DNA of 64,000 nt from positions 12,090,001-12,154,000 of the forward strand of contig CM097887.1 in NCBI GenBank assembly GCA_044892525.1, in the 5' to 3' direction. This DNA comes from Schmidtea polychroa (taxonomy: Eukaryota). This document shows, piece after piece, positions 13,501 to 24,902 of the stretch. Positions within the stretch are counted from its first letter, which is position 1. Every line of letters starts with the position of its first letter. The notes beneath the pieces are model-generated. The model had not been told where the DNA came from, did not search any database, and saw only the letters and a list, made by a program, of their open reading frames with translations. Both the position numbers and the translations under genes were made by a program.

Positions 13501-14590
13501 TGCGTAGGCGTATAATTCAATCAGTATAAATACTGAGTGAAATTTCATTTTTTTCGTCACTCTCAACTGGTTAACTGAAAATCGCTACAGTAGACAATTC
13601 CAATCCCGTAGCTCTCGATTGTCAGTTTTTATGCATGCGTGGTGAGGTAAATTTGATTTTTGTTAATTTTATGATAATGATAAATTTATATGAAATAATA
13701 TGTAATTTTTAGGATTTAGTAATTGAATTTCTTTGGCTAATTTTGTGTTTGTTCGTTTTAATTTTAACTTGGAATAATATTTTAATAGAAGTAAGATGAG
13801 TTTAATTTTATTAATGACAAATTTATATGATATAAAATGTAATTTGTAGGATTGAATAAAATTTTTAATTGGATTTGTTTTAATTGATTCTTGAGCTTTG
13901 TCTATGCTATTTTTGTCTTTTTTGGATAATAATATAATATAAGTTGGTTTTTCAATGAAATTATGTATCGATGCTCTGGGCTGGGGAAGGTTTGTGGACG
14001 GGCGGCACTACGTGCTGTTAGTCGACAGATGTTTCGCCAGTTAGGTCCATCGGGGTAAGGGATATAGATTGGGATATGAACGGTTGGAGAGGGTAAAATC
14101 AATTTGTGATAGTTTAGGGCCTTATTTAGAGTTAGGTAGTATAGGACGGCTCAGTCACTTTTATTTTCATAGATATTTCTGAGTTAGGAGAAATAATAGG
14201 ATAGTTATGTCCAGTTGTCGGTAGACGAAGTAGGTTTAGGCAATCTTATAGAAACCACGAATAGTTAAGATATCCGATAGTTCAGGATTGGAAATACAGG
14301 CAGATCCCTGCTCGAAACTTTTATGGGGAGTGTGGAAACAGGTTTATCAACTTGGGAATAAGGGCAGACCCCTACTCAAATTTTTGAAGAATTAAGTTAC
14401 ATTTTTCACAAGAACCGCCGAAAATATGGAACGACATTTATCGACAAATATTATAGAAAACACATAATGATTTACGACAGAAAAATAAGGGCGCATCCCT
14501 GCACAAAATTTTGAAAAGAAACAATAGAAAACATCCAGAAATGAGGACCATAGCTGAATAAAATAGAAAAGTAGAAAGTAGAAATAGAAA

Positions 14591-14773
14591 ATGATTAATG
14601 ACGTAAGACCTTCTATCGACCGTCTAGAACCCGAAGAGAAAATACAATGGGGAGTAGTTTTAGCAATAGAGCTCACCCGCTTATTGTTTTTTCGCCTTTG
14701 TGTACATTACCAACATGGTCGTCGCCATGGGTACACAAATGGTTTAAGGTGCAATAGTCACGGAGGTGCTTAG
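14591..14773 (+). CDS. Short hypothetical ORF of a small repeat family (YQHGxRHGYTxGL motif) flanking the RING gene
   Basis: 60-aa ORF; homologous sequence downstream of the RING gene (~17140-17218; 39648-40467 split by a MITE). Confidence 0.3.
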   Translation: MINDVRPSIDRLEPEEKIQWGVVLAIELTRLLFFRLCVHYQHGRRHGYTNGLRCNSHGGA

Positions 14774-15288
14774 GAAAGAGTCGAGTGAATATCTAAATTA
14801 CCCCAGACGTATTTAAACTATAAAATGACACACCCCTAAGTAACCAACAGAACTAAAATATCTAAATCGTCAAAAATACACAATTCAATTGAGAAATATA
14901 TATATCGCTTCTTTCTAGAATGTAAATGCATCAAATTTGAGACATTATGGAATGCCATGATTTTTTATATGCCTACTTTGACGTGTTGTAGAACAGACTA
15001 TGAGTTATCACAAAGATATTGACGCATCAAATTGTAGCCTGACTCACCTCTATTGAATCAATGATTCATTGCTACGACTCATTGTTCCTGTAATAAATAA
15101 TAATCATAGGAGCCAAATAGCATTTATCACAATACTTTAATTCATTTAAGGATAAGTTTAAGGATAAGTTTAAGGATAATAAAGAGTTAAAGTTTTGAGG
15201 AAAGATTTACATTTTGAGGAAATATAAATAGTTAAATTGAAATTGTTTAAATTTTACTTAATTCACTATAAAAATATAAATACGAATA

Positions 15289-16818
15289 ATGAACGATTTA
15301 ATTACTAAAACTGACTGTCCAATTTGCTATGATTCGATGACAGATTATAACTATGTTGTGTTTGCCGGCTGCCATCATAGAACTTGTAAATATTGCGCCG
15401 AAGAAATCATGTTCAAAGGGTCTCCTCGGTGTCAACTTGATAATGGAAAAATCAAGGCAATTATCAATTCCCGAAGGGATCCTGATGAAGACGATAACGT
15501 GATATTTGAACGTCAATCTGTCAAACAATATCAGCATTCAATATTATCAACGGAGCCCCAATCAATTATAGAGGAAATCCAGAATATTTGGATGGAAAGA
15601 ACATTACATTTCAAGCGCATTGTAGATAAAGCCGAAGAAAGCCTGAATATTTTAAAAAACAGATTTATAATTTGGGTCGACAATGACGGATCAGTTGATA
15701 AGAAAGAATTAGTGGAATTCCATAATAAGATTTACGTCAAACAAAACCGCGAAATGATTCTTTTACACCGAGCAGAAATTATGAAAGTTTCTGATAAAGA
15801 AATGATTTATCAAAATTATATCAGTCTGTTGCCAGTTTCAGAAAATCTTTCATTAGACTTGATGAATATTTGGAATTCCCGTTTCTGTAATAGATTCCAT
15901 GAAATTGTACTTCCATATTTTATTTGTTTAATTGATCCAGAAATCCACCAAAAAAAGTATCTCATTGATTTTCTGCAAAATATCAATCAACGTTTGAACG
16001 ATTTGAGCTTTATTTTAAAAAATCTGATTTGCTTTGTTTTATCATTTTTAAAAAATAATAAAGAAATTTATGAAAAATTACAGAAAAATCTCGATCAAAT
16101 AAATTTTGATAATTGTTTGATTTGCACTGATCAAATTGATTTTCATCGATATGCCAAATTATCGAATTGCTCACACAAAATATGCAAATCGTGCATTGAT
16201 CAATTTATGATTACTCATGCTTGTTGTCCATTTGATAGTGAGGTAGGAATGAATGATTTGTCAATGATTATTGATGAAGAATTCAATGAAGATATTGGAA
16301 AGAATAAAGAAAATGAAAGCGTTATGAATTACTTGAAAAATAATTCTCAAAATATTTACAATGAATTTATTGATGAAGTAGATATGTTTAAGGCAAAGTT
16401 GATAAATAACAAAAAGGAGTATTCAGTTTTGATGGAGAAAATGAGTTGTTTGTTTAATTTATTAACTTCTGAACCATCAAATGTCACCAAAATAAAACAA
16501 TGTTCAGATGGAATGAAACAAGAATATGTGAAATTTATCAATGATGGAGTCATTATATTTCCACCATCCGTTATAGTCTTCTTCTATAAAGAAAATTCCT
16601 TCAATATGATGCAAAACAAATTGTCAAGAGATCTAAACTTGTACTCAACGGAATTTGACAATCTTTTTCATTACATAATTTTTTTTCTTTACATTGATTT
16701 TCTGCAAGAACCACTGTATACAGGTGGCGACATTTATCAGGAGTTGGATAATTGTTTGGTAGCTTATCAGTTGATTCTTGATTGTGGTTTGGAAAACACG
16801 AAGATGATAGACAATTAA
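15289..16818 (+). CDS. Intronless 509-aa protein with two C3HC4 RING fingers (putative E3 ubiquitin ligase)
   Basis: CPIC..CHHRTCKYC..CQLD near the N-terminus and CLIC..CSHKICKSC..CPFD at ~aa 276-316; long ATG-initiated ORF in very AT-rich DNA; TATA-like tataaaa ~20 nt upstream; AATAAA just after the stop. Confidence 0.85.
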   Translation: MNDLITKTDCPICYDSMTDYNYVVFAGCHHRTCKYCAEEIMFKGSPRCQLDNGKIKAIINSRRDPDEDDNVIFERQSVKQYQHSILSTEPQSIIEEIQNIWMERTLHFKRIVDKAEESLNILKNRFIIWVDNDGSVDKKELVEFHNKIYVKQNREMILLHRAEIMKVSDKEMIYQNYISLLPVSENLSLDLMNIWNSRFCNRFHEIVLPYFICLIDPEIHQKKYLIDFLQNINQRLNDLSFILKNLICFVLSFLKNNKEIYEKLQKNLDQINFDNCLICTDQIDFHRYAKLSNCSHKICKSCIDQFMITHACCPFDSEVGMNDLSMIIDEEFNEDIGKNKENESVMNYLKNNSQNIYNEFIDEVDMFKAKLINNKKEYSVLMEKMSCLFNLLTSEPSNVTKIKQCSDGMKQEYVKFINDGVIIFPPSVIVFFYKENSFNMMQNKLSRDLNLYSTEFDNLFHYIIFFLYIDFLQEPLYTGGDIYQELDNCLVAYQLILDCGLENTKMIDN

Positions 16819-17218
16819 TGGGAAAAAAAGATTAATAAATAAAAATTATTTTTTTGCTTTTCAACTTTGCATTATATTTTTTTTTCATATTGTTAATATA
16901 ATTATAATTATATTTGCGATTATTTACCATAATCTGCGTCATTTTTTTACTAGAAATACAGCAGATTCCTGCTCAAATTTTTTGAAAGATTAGTTAAATT
17001 TTCATAAGTATTATGGAAAATACACAGTATCATTTATTAATAGAAAAGTAAGGACGGATAACATTTGAAAACGTCTAGTGGGGAGGACCATAATTAAATA
17101 AATCAACAACAATAATCCAAGAAAAAAATAGATAATGAATACTAGCGTAAGACCTTCTATCGGCGCTCCAGAACCCAAAAGGAAAATACAATGAGGAGTA
17201 GTTTTAGCTATAGAGCTC

Positions 17219-17975
17219 AGTAATAGGATTGGAGCCCGCCAGACCAGGAGCCCGCCAGACCACATATACCCCCCCGGGGAAAAAAATTTTTTTTTTAAAA
17301 TAAAAGGTCAGAGTCAAGGTCATTTATTTTTTTTTTTAATTTAATTTTTTGTTTTAATTAAGTGACCTGGCGGGCTCAAACTTTTTTTCATCCCAAAAAT
17401 TAATGTTCCCGCCAACAGATATTATTGAACAATAGCTCATCTTAAAGCCCAATGCAAGACCTTTCGAATGAGTCATAAAAGGTATCATCATCATTAATAT
17501 TGACAAAGTTATTAACATTTTACCAAAAATCATTTTCAAGGTCATATAATTATTAAGTGGTCTGGCGGTGACATGGTTTTCGTTTGCCCAAAAGATATCG
17601 TTCCCATCATTTTATTTCATCAATCGATAGCTTAATTTGAAGCTTATTATTGACAAAGTTATTAATGTTTTCCCGAGACCATTTTCAAGGTCATTTATTT
17701 TTTCAAAATATTTTTTTTTTCAAGGTCAAGGTCAAGGTCAAATTTTTAATAAAAGGTCAAATTTTAAACAAAGACCATGACTCATCAAGGTCATTTCAAG
17801 GTCGCGTGACTCATCCAAGGTCATTCCCAAGGTCACATGACTCATCGTGATGACTCATCAAGGTCATTTATTTTTTCAAGGTCAAGGTCATATTTTAATT
17901 TAATTTTTGTTTTAATTAAGTGATCTTTTTTTTTCAAGGTCATTTATTTTTTCAAGGTCATTTATTATTATTATA

Positions 17976-18007
<32 letters not shown>

Positions 18008-18100
18008 CTCATAATCTATCCGACAAAATATTTTGTCCCCCTATGGGTACTGCACACAAGGGTACTACTCACACTCAACAAGTCACAAGGGTACTGTTCA
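17219..18100 (+). mobile_element. Left-hand terminal repeat of a Maverick/Polinton-like element, inserted into the repeat downstream of the RING gene
   Basis: Begins AGTAATAG, then a duplicated ggagcccgccagacca, a C-run, A/T runs and a TCAAGGTCA-rich body; truncates a sequence that continues intact at 39733. Confidence 0.5.
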
Positions 18101-19511
18101 CAAAGTTACTGGTAAAAATATTCAAGACAAAACTTTCTAAATTCTAAATATTATACTTTAAATATACACTAAAATTTATTAACACATTCATCATCTCCAC
18201 AGTTCATAACATTTTCAACAACATGATCTATACAATGTTTACTGATTGTTGTTATATAGTTGTAGGTTGATAATGCTTAGTACCTGGTTGTTGTCGGTTG
18301 TAAGTACTTAGTATCTAGTTGTTAGCTGGTTGTTGGTATCTAGTATCTAGTAAATGGGTAGGGGGGGGGGGGGGGGTTGAGTGTTATCAATACCCTTACG
18401 ACCAGTACCCTTAGGGGGTCAAAACATCCTGTCGGATAAACTCAGAGTATATATAATAAAACTGATCAACAATAAGTATTTATTAAATGCGATTTTTACA
18501 TTGCAATAATAAGTCAGTAGTAATCAATTAAAAGAAGAATTTTTGTAAATTAGAATTCTATAGTCTTTCATTTTAATTTAAATTATCATCAATCCCACGT
18601 AGTGATGAGTTGACAATTATTCATTTTTGATGAAAATCATCATTTTTGTTAAATTTAGACATTTTGAAAAGGTTTTTCTACTGATTGTAATTAAACATAT
18701 TTTGAAGACAGATAAAAAATTAATTTAAAAAGCATTTCATAAAATACAATGAAGAATATTTAGTTGATTGTAAGAAGTTAGTTGTAAGTATCTGGTTGTT
18801 TGAGAGTTAGTTAGTACATGGTATCATGTTGAAAGTATTTGGTATCTAGCTGTTTGTTAGAAATACATTGTTGTAAGTATTTGATTGTAAGTATCTGGTT
18901 GACCTTTTAAATTTTGACTTAAACATATTTGATTGTAATAATTTACAAACAAATAATGTTTTCCCACAGCCGTTGGATCAATAATTTGATATACTGCATC
19001 ATTTCTCAATTCCATTTTAATTAATTTAATCTATTAATATTATTTATATTTGTTTTAATTAATTGTTATACATGAATAAAAAATATTCAAATATAATTAC
19101 ATTATTAATGCTTAGCAATATAAATTATTATTTTATTATTATTTTTATTAATATTATTTTATTAACATTATTATCATTATTATTATTTGTAAAATTTGCA
19201 TCTAAATTTTCTTTAAAAACTATTTCATTAAAATTTTCATTTCTCAAAACCTGACTATCATTCAAACTTTTTTATATTAGATTAAAAATTATTACTTTAA
19301 TTAAAGATTTATGTCCATAATTTACTTTAATTTAATTATTACTATCAATTCTCATTCTCTTTCTAAATTTATTAGTTAGTTTTAAAATTTACCCTTTTCA
19401 TTTACTATTATTTTTATTAGTAGTGGTTAATTGAAATCTGACTTTGAAATTAATTTAATATAAATTTGTATTTAATTTTGACTTGGAAAATTATTTCATA
19501 AAAATTTTACA

Positions 19512-19715
19512 TTGATTGAAAATAAGCTAACGGAAAAACTGAACGATGTTAAGAAAAGGTATTTAACTTGTTCAATTTGTAAAGAAAATCAAGTTTCGGT
19601 TTTGTATTTACCGTGTGGTCACGTAATTGTTTGTTCTAAGTGTCACGAGAAGAATGTTCACAATTGTCAAGCCTGTTCAACACTGATTAATGAATATCAT
19701 ACTATATACATGTAA
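19512..19715 (+). CDS. C-terminal IAP/Mdm2-type RING finger fragment (partial gene or last exon)
   Basis: CSICKENQVSVLYLPCGHVIVCSKCHEKNVHNCQAC followed by a short hydrophobic tail (YHTIYM*), the typical IAP RING end; no ATG-initiated upstream frame seen. Confidence 0.7.
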   Translation: MIENKLTEKLNDVKKRYLTCSICKENQVSVLYLPCGHVIVCSKCHEKNVHNCQACSTLINEYHTIYM

Positions 19716-22034
19716 GTTCTCAATACAAATCAATACAATATCAAAGTCAAATGAATTATTATCATACATAATGACGGTACTATAATGTAGAAAATTTTCA
19801 AACATTGAATAATATGAAATAATCTTGGTAATTAAATATATTGGGCGCAACTACCAAATGGTGATGATATGATGAAGGGATACCCATGAGTTCATCAAAA
19901 TGGAAAAAAGATCTTCGCAAGAACCATGAAGATGCCTGAAAAGTAGAAGAAACCCTAACCAATATTTTAAAGTTGACATTATGTGTTACAATGGTCTTGG
20001 TTATTATTTTGATATAGTTGATACATTGATACCAATTATTTCAATTATTTAACTAGAAACATAACAGAATTCTTAGGTAATATAGTATTTTGTGTATTTT
20101 TGTGTATTTTTTAGTTAATTTATAAATATTATCTGACATTTTGATGTATCAATGCAATATACAACAAATTAATCAATAAAGACCATATACTCCGAGTTTA
20201 TCCGACAAAATATTCTGTCCCCCTATGGGTATTGCTAGCAAGGGTACTGCTCACATTCAACATGTCGCAAGGGTATATTAATCAGTTAGAAATTCTTAGG
20301 TAATTTAGTGAGATGATCACAAATTCGTGAATATTTTAAATGTAACTTTACACTTATGTCGAGCGACTAATTTATTGGTTAACTTTGTAGTCATTTAAAG
20401 CAAAAATTAATTTATTCATCTAATGTTCGTTACAATAGTTAATAATATGAGAAAAACATGGTCCTTATCCATTGATAATTTTAAATTCTTTATCATTTGG
20501 AGTAAATTTGTTTGAGGCAAAAATAATTAAAGGAGTCATAATAGAAATATGGTTATCATTTAACCAATTAAGGGGCTTATTAGTTAGAAATATATATTAT
20601 AAAGTAACAATTATTTTCTAATTTAATTAGATGATCATTAGACGTAATATATCTTTGCGAGAAATTTAAGATGTTTGAGTAACCAAAACATGGATATTTT
20701 GGGCCATCAATTTATGAATAGTGCTTAATTTTCTCATTTTTAGTGATTTAAAATAATATTTAGCAAAGGTAATTTGGCAAAATATCATTTATCCATCCGA
20801 TAACAATATTCATTCAATAGATTAACTGATATTCAACCGATTTAATTTCTAATTAAAATCATAAAATTCCTTCAATAAAGATCAATTTTCTTTAGCTGTT
20901 GTCGATTTCCAACTTTTAAGTCAATATTTTTCAAGTTTTGTCACTGATGTCCCCACAATGAATAAAATAACTTCTTAAGTAAAATAATTTAAAGCAATAA
21001 CCTTTGATATCAATCCCAATTAATTCTAAAGATTTCAAATATTTCATTGTGAAAACCAAGTAATGTTCATTAACCATTAATAAAACCGTGGATAATTAAT
21101 AAAAACTGGTTCTAAAGTAAAACATAAATCTAAATTACTGTGCAATAACATTAATCACAACCTCTAAAACGATATAATTTCACAGGAACTATTCATAGCT
21201 GACTATTTCCTTTGAAAATTTGATATTTTACCAATAAGAATATATAAATATTCAAAACATTAACCGATCCCTCACCAAATATTTCTACCCCTTTAAACAC
21301 CTTAAATCGTATATATTACCATCTTAACCTTCACTAAATCCAACCGAATATAATTTCACTCACTTGAGCCCTTTAATATATCTTAAAATCCATAGAAAAT
21401 TCTTCAAAATATGAATTTTATTTAATTGTTACAAACATTCTTCCAATGAAATAATTTAGTAGCTAAATTCAAAGAGCTCACTAAAAGATCAAAATTCACT
21501 AAAATCAATATTTTCTACAAATATTTCACTACATTCACCATCAATTACCTAACTAGAGATGACATATATCGATTCAGCTAATTATAGTCATTATAAAATG
21601 ATATCTTTCAAACTAAATTACAAATTTCAGTAAATTTTACATTAATTTTCAAGTAGATTTCAAATATATCATCATCGTGATAAAACTGGTTTCAACTTTA
21701 GATTTTCAATATTTTAAAGTTCATCAATGTGTAAAAATTCTTAGAAAATATATGAAAAAATTATTTAGTCAAATTAAATATCATTACAAAGTCATCATCA
21801 TCAAATTTATCCTATCACTTGATTATTGTAAAAAACTCTAATTATTAACCTCATTAAAAATTAATTTTTATTTTAAATTTAAAAACAAGTCAATAAAATA
21901 TAGCAAATTATCAAGAAATTATTTAAATTTATCTTAGAATTAACACTAAAACCTTAAATTTTTAAATATTCTTTCAATTAACATGAAATTCACTAAAAAT
22001 GTTAGTAAAATCCCGCTAACTCCAAAAAATTACC

Positions 22035-22586
22035 TGTTCATTTTTAAATTCATAATAACACATAATCATTTTATTTCCATCTAATAACCATTTGTCAATG
22101 TCCAGATCATAAGATAACGTCATAATGTCGCAAGGAATTTCATATCCAGGTTTATATCTAAATAGAGCTGCTTCCATTTGTGCACGCCATACTTGAGATC
22201 GATAATCAGGGATCATACCAGTCATATCATTTTCAAATTCAAAATAAAGCATGTCCAGATCATAAGATAACGTCATAATGATAACGTAAAGATAAAGATA
22301 ACTCATCATTAACATTATCATCGATCACCATTAATTCACCATTTTCAACAATCCATAAAAATTCCAAATTCTAAAATACAAATTACAAATAACTAACTAA
22401 CAATTAAAAAAATACCTCTTGCTCGCGTCTGTGTGCGCACACAGCCAAGAACAAAGAAAAGAAAAGCGCACACAGACGCGAGACCAGATCAAAAACTTCC
22501 ACCTTCCCAATTTTACGCGTCTGGTTGTGCACACAACCATAACAAAGAAAAAGCGCACACAGACGCGAGAAAATAATAATTCACCA
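22035..22586 (-). repeat. 3' LTR (552 bp, internally deleted/rearranged)
   Basis: Near-identical to both ends of 25036-25820, but ~300 bp of the middle is replaced by ~65 bp that includes a local duplication. Confidence 0.9.
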
Positions 22587-22598
22587 TCCTCCCCCCTT
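22587..22598 (-). other. Polypurine tract AAGGGGGGAGGA
   Basis: Abuts the 3' LTR start on the minus strand. Confidence 0.85.
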
Positions 22599-23190
22599 GA
22601 CACCTTAGTGTCAATCTCAAATCCCCATCAGCTTCTCCTTGTTCTTTTATACTTAAACCTAATTTGAAGATACATTCCCGTGTCAGTTTATCCCTTTTCC
22701 CCTTCATTTCTTGCACTTCCCTCGCCATTTTATCCATTTTGCCTTTCATTTTCTGCATTTCCCTCGCCATTTTATCCCTTCTCTCCTTCATTTCCTGCAT
22801 TATGGCTCAATCTCCAATAACCCTCACAAACCCATCTTTGTATTATATAAGCCGCCGCCCCACGCATTTTTTTTGAGAGATCATTGTGGATTCTCCATCC
22901 ACCAATGCCATACTCGGCCAAGCAGCTGTCCCTGTTCAGTTTGTTTAGGTGTAATCTCTCAATTATTCTTTCTCCCTTTTTCGCCAATTCAATATTCCAC
23001 CCTTTTCCCTGTTGCATTTCATTTAGTGACCAGTTTTCACTTAATGTTTTTATAATCATTTTACAAAGTCGTTCTTTGATTGCTTCGTGTTTCGATTCCC
23101 CAATCGACCCCTTGTCTTTCATGTGCATCTTTAGAGGCGTGCAAACGAGTTCCAGTGATCCTTGTTGTTTGAAACTGTTCGATGATTCGT

Positions 23191-23469
23191 TCAATTTTTC
23201 CTTTGCCTACATCCGGTAACCTTGCAGAAAGATTCTTTACGACATTCCTTGGCCATGTGATTTCTTTTGAAGCAATTCCTGCACAGTTTCTTTTCTTCGA
23301 TGACTCTCTTCCTTTCTGAAATTGTGAGTTGCTTAAACTTGTCACATTGGTCTAGGTAATGTTGACCACCACATTGTACACACTCTGATCTATAGCTGTT
23401 AGAGTCATTCGCCTGTATAACCGTTCCACTTTTAACTCTGCATCTGGTTGCCCCGTAAAATGCGTCCAA
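23191..23469 (-). pseudogene. BEL/Pao Gag zinc-knuckle region (frameshifted relative to the main ORF; third knuckle truncated)
   Basis: [15 protein letters not shown]...ER......LCRNCFKRNHMAKEC.....CKVTGC, the characteristic BEL Cys/His array. Confidence 0.85.
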
Positions 23470-24875
23470 CCTCCTGGATTGAAGCTTTCTCTTTCTCTAG
23501 ACACACCTTCTACTCTTGGCCCATCATAAGCCCTGGTGCATGGTTGAGTCCCATACACGACCTCGTTAGTAGACCTTAGGATCTCCGCTTCTTGTTGTAT
23601 CCATCTTCTCAAATCCTCTATCGTCTCCCGCAATTCCTTTTCTATTTTCTCTTTCTTCCATTTATACACAAGATCCGTTGTTAACTTGCCCAAACACTTT
23701 TGAAAAAGATATCCAGTCTTTAACTCGGATTCTTTCCCAGTGGATTTAAATCGCACGGTGACTGTTTCTAATAATCCAACAAATAAGTCTAGATCCTTCA
23801 AATCTCCTTCTCGAATTGGCCTGAACTGGTCCATCTCCTCTAACATTGATAAATATATCCTTTCATCTCCACCATATCGCCTATCCAACTTCTCTTTTGC
23901 CATTTGATAAGCCTTTGCCGAATATCCAAGATTTTCAATTAACTTTAATGGCTCTCCGTGAAGGTACTTGTGCAGGTGAAACATCTTTTCAACCTCATCA
24001 CCTTCCGCTTCGTCAACACACGCCGTAAAAGCTGCCTTCCATGGTTCGTACTCTTTCATCTTGCCTTCAAAGACCGGTATTGTAATTTTCTGTAGACTTT
24101 CCAGTTTTCTTTTATGCACGGAATTATTCTTCTTGATTGTATCATCATTCACCTTTTCCTTCTTTTCCATAAAAGATTGATTTGCTTTTCTTTCCATCAA
24201 TGCCCCAATTATTTGATGTTTTTCCTCAATCTCCTGCAGGTCTTTATCTAAGATTGCAGTGATGTCCAATCTTTGCAATTTTTCACTGATCGTTCTTAGA
24301 TCTCTTAATTCTTCATCTAGACTCTCCTTTAGATCTTCATATTCCTCCAACCATTTGCTAACATCCTTACCCTTTATATCATTCAGAATCTTATTTCTCA
24401 ATCTCGTTAATTTTCCTTTTTTCATTCTCTTTTTCCACAATTCTTCTTCTAAAATCTCTTCGTCATTGACACCGCACAGCCTGAGTGACAAATGAAGTGT
24501 ATACCCTACTTGTATCCTATAATCGTTCAATCTTCTTTTATTTTCTAACTGCTTTCCTGCGTATACTAACATTTGATAATTTACCGGAATTCCTTCTTTG
24601 TCCTGGATTTTTCCTTTTACCTTTTCAATTGTGTCGTTCCATTCAACGTTAAGAGTAATTGTCTTACCAGTAAGAGTCTTGACAAATATTTGATATATCC
24701 TTCCCCATCGCAACTCAAAACCCATTACCCCGCTCGCCCTTACCCTTGACTTAGCTCTGTTCTTTACCCTGTTCCCCTGGCTTCCCCCTTTAAAAGAGTG
24801 CTGGGGCCTATAGCAGCACTTTCCCACGCTCGGTAGGGAAGGGAGGATGAATAATTTTACAAAAATAAGATTCAA
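23352..24875 (-). CDS. Ubiquitin-like domain (24471-24695) fused to a coiled coil and BEL/Pao Gag (DUF1759-like)
   Basis: Manual alignment gives 53/76 identities to ubiquitin ([14 protein letters not shown]...KIQDKEGIP...AGKQLE...[11 protein letters not shown]); Gag motif [23 protein letters not shown]...[14 protein letters not shown]...[13 protein letters not shown]; likely ATG at 24725. Confidence 0.9.
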   Translation of the reverse strand: MNLIFVKLFILPSLPSVGKCCYRPQHSFKGGSQGNRVKNRAKSRVRASGVMGFELRWGRIYQIFVKTLTGKTITLNVEWNDTIEKVKGKIQDKEGIPVNYQMLVYAGKQLENKRRLNDYRIQVGYTLHLSLRLCGVNDEEILEEELWKKRMKKGKLTRLRNKILNDIKGKDVSKWLEEYEDLKESLDEELRDLRTISEKLQRLDITAILDKDLQEIEEKHQIIGALMERKANQSFMEKKEKVNDDTIKKNNSVHKRKLESLQKITIPVFEGKMKEYEPWKAAFTACVDEAEGDEVEKMFHLHKYLHGEPLKLIENLGYSAKAYQMAKEKLDRRYGGDERIYLSMLEEMDQFRPIREGDLKDLDLFVGLLETVTVRFKSTGKESELKTGYLFQKCLGKLTTDLVYKWKKEKIEKELRETIEDLRRWIQQEAEILRSTNEVVYGTQPCTRAYDGPRVEGVSRERESFNPGGWTHFTGQPDAELKVERLYRRMTLTAIDQSVYNVVVNIT

Positions 24876-24902
24876 ATAAATGAAAATAAAATTTACATCA
24901 CC

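Larger units (their letters stand above)
12929..17218 (+). repeat. Segmental duplication copy 1 (~4.3 kb; copy 2 at 35443-39732)
   Basis: Colinear near-identical sequence at an offset of ~22514 bp, including ORFs 13902/36416, 14591/37105 and 15289/37803. Confidence 0.95.

Noticed and set aside
13430-14110. Possible promoter and first exons (tataaata at ~13526, donor-like gtgaggtaaa) and ORF 13902-14102
   Set aside because: No recognisable product or consistent splice model; cannot be supported without transcripts
879-18100. One giant TIR element enclosing the array and the RING gene
   Set aside because: The two inverted homologous blocks have their apparent termini on the inner side (1630 and 17219), so the elements extend outward
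20300-21750. Degenerate minus-strand protein-like sequence (LRR-like composition)
   Set aside because: Stops every 10-25 codons in the best frame I read; no identifiable motif
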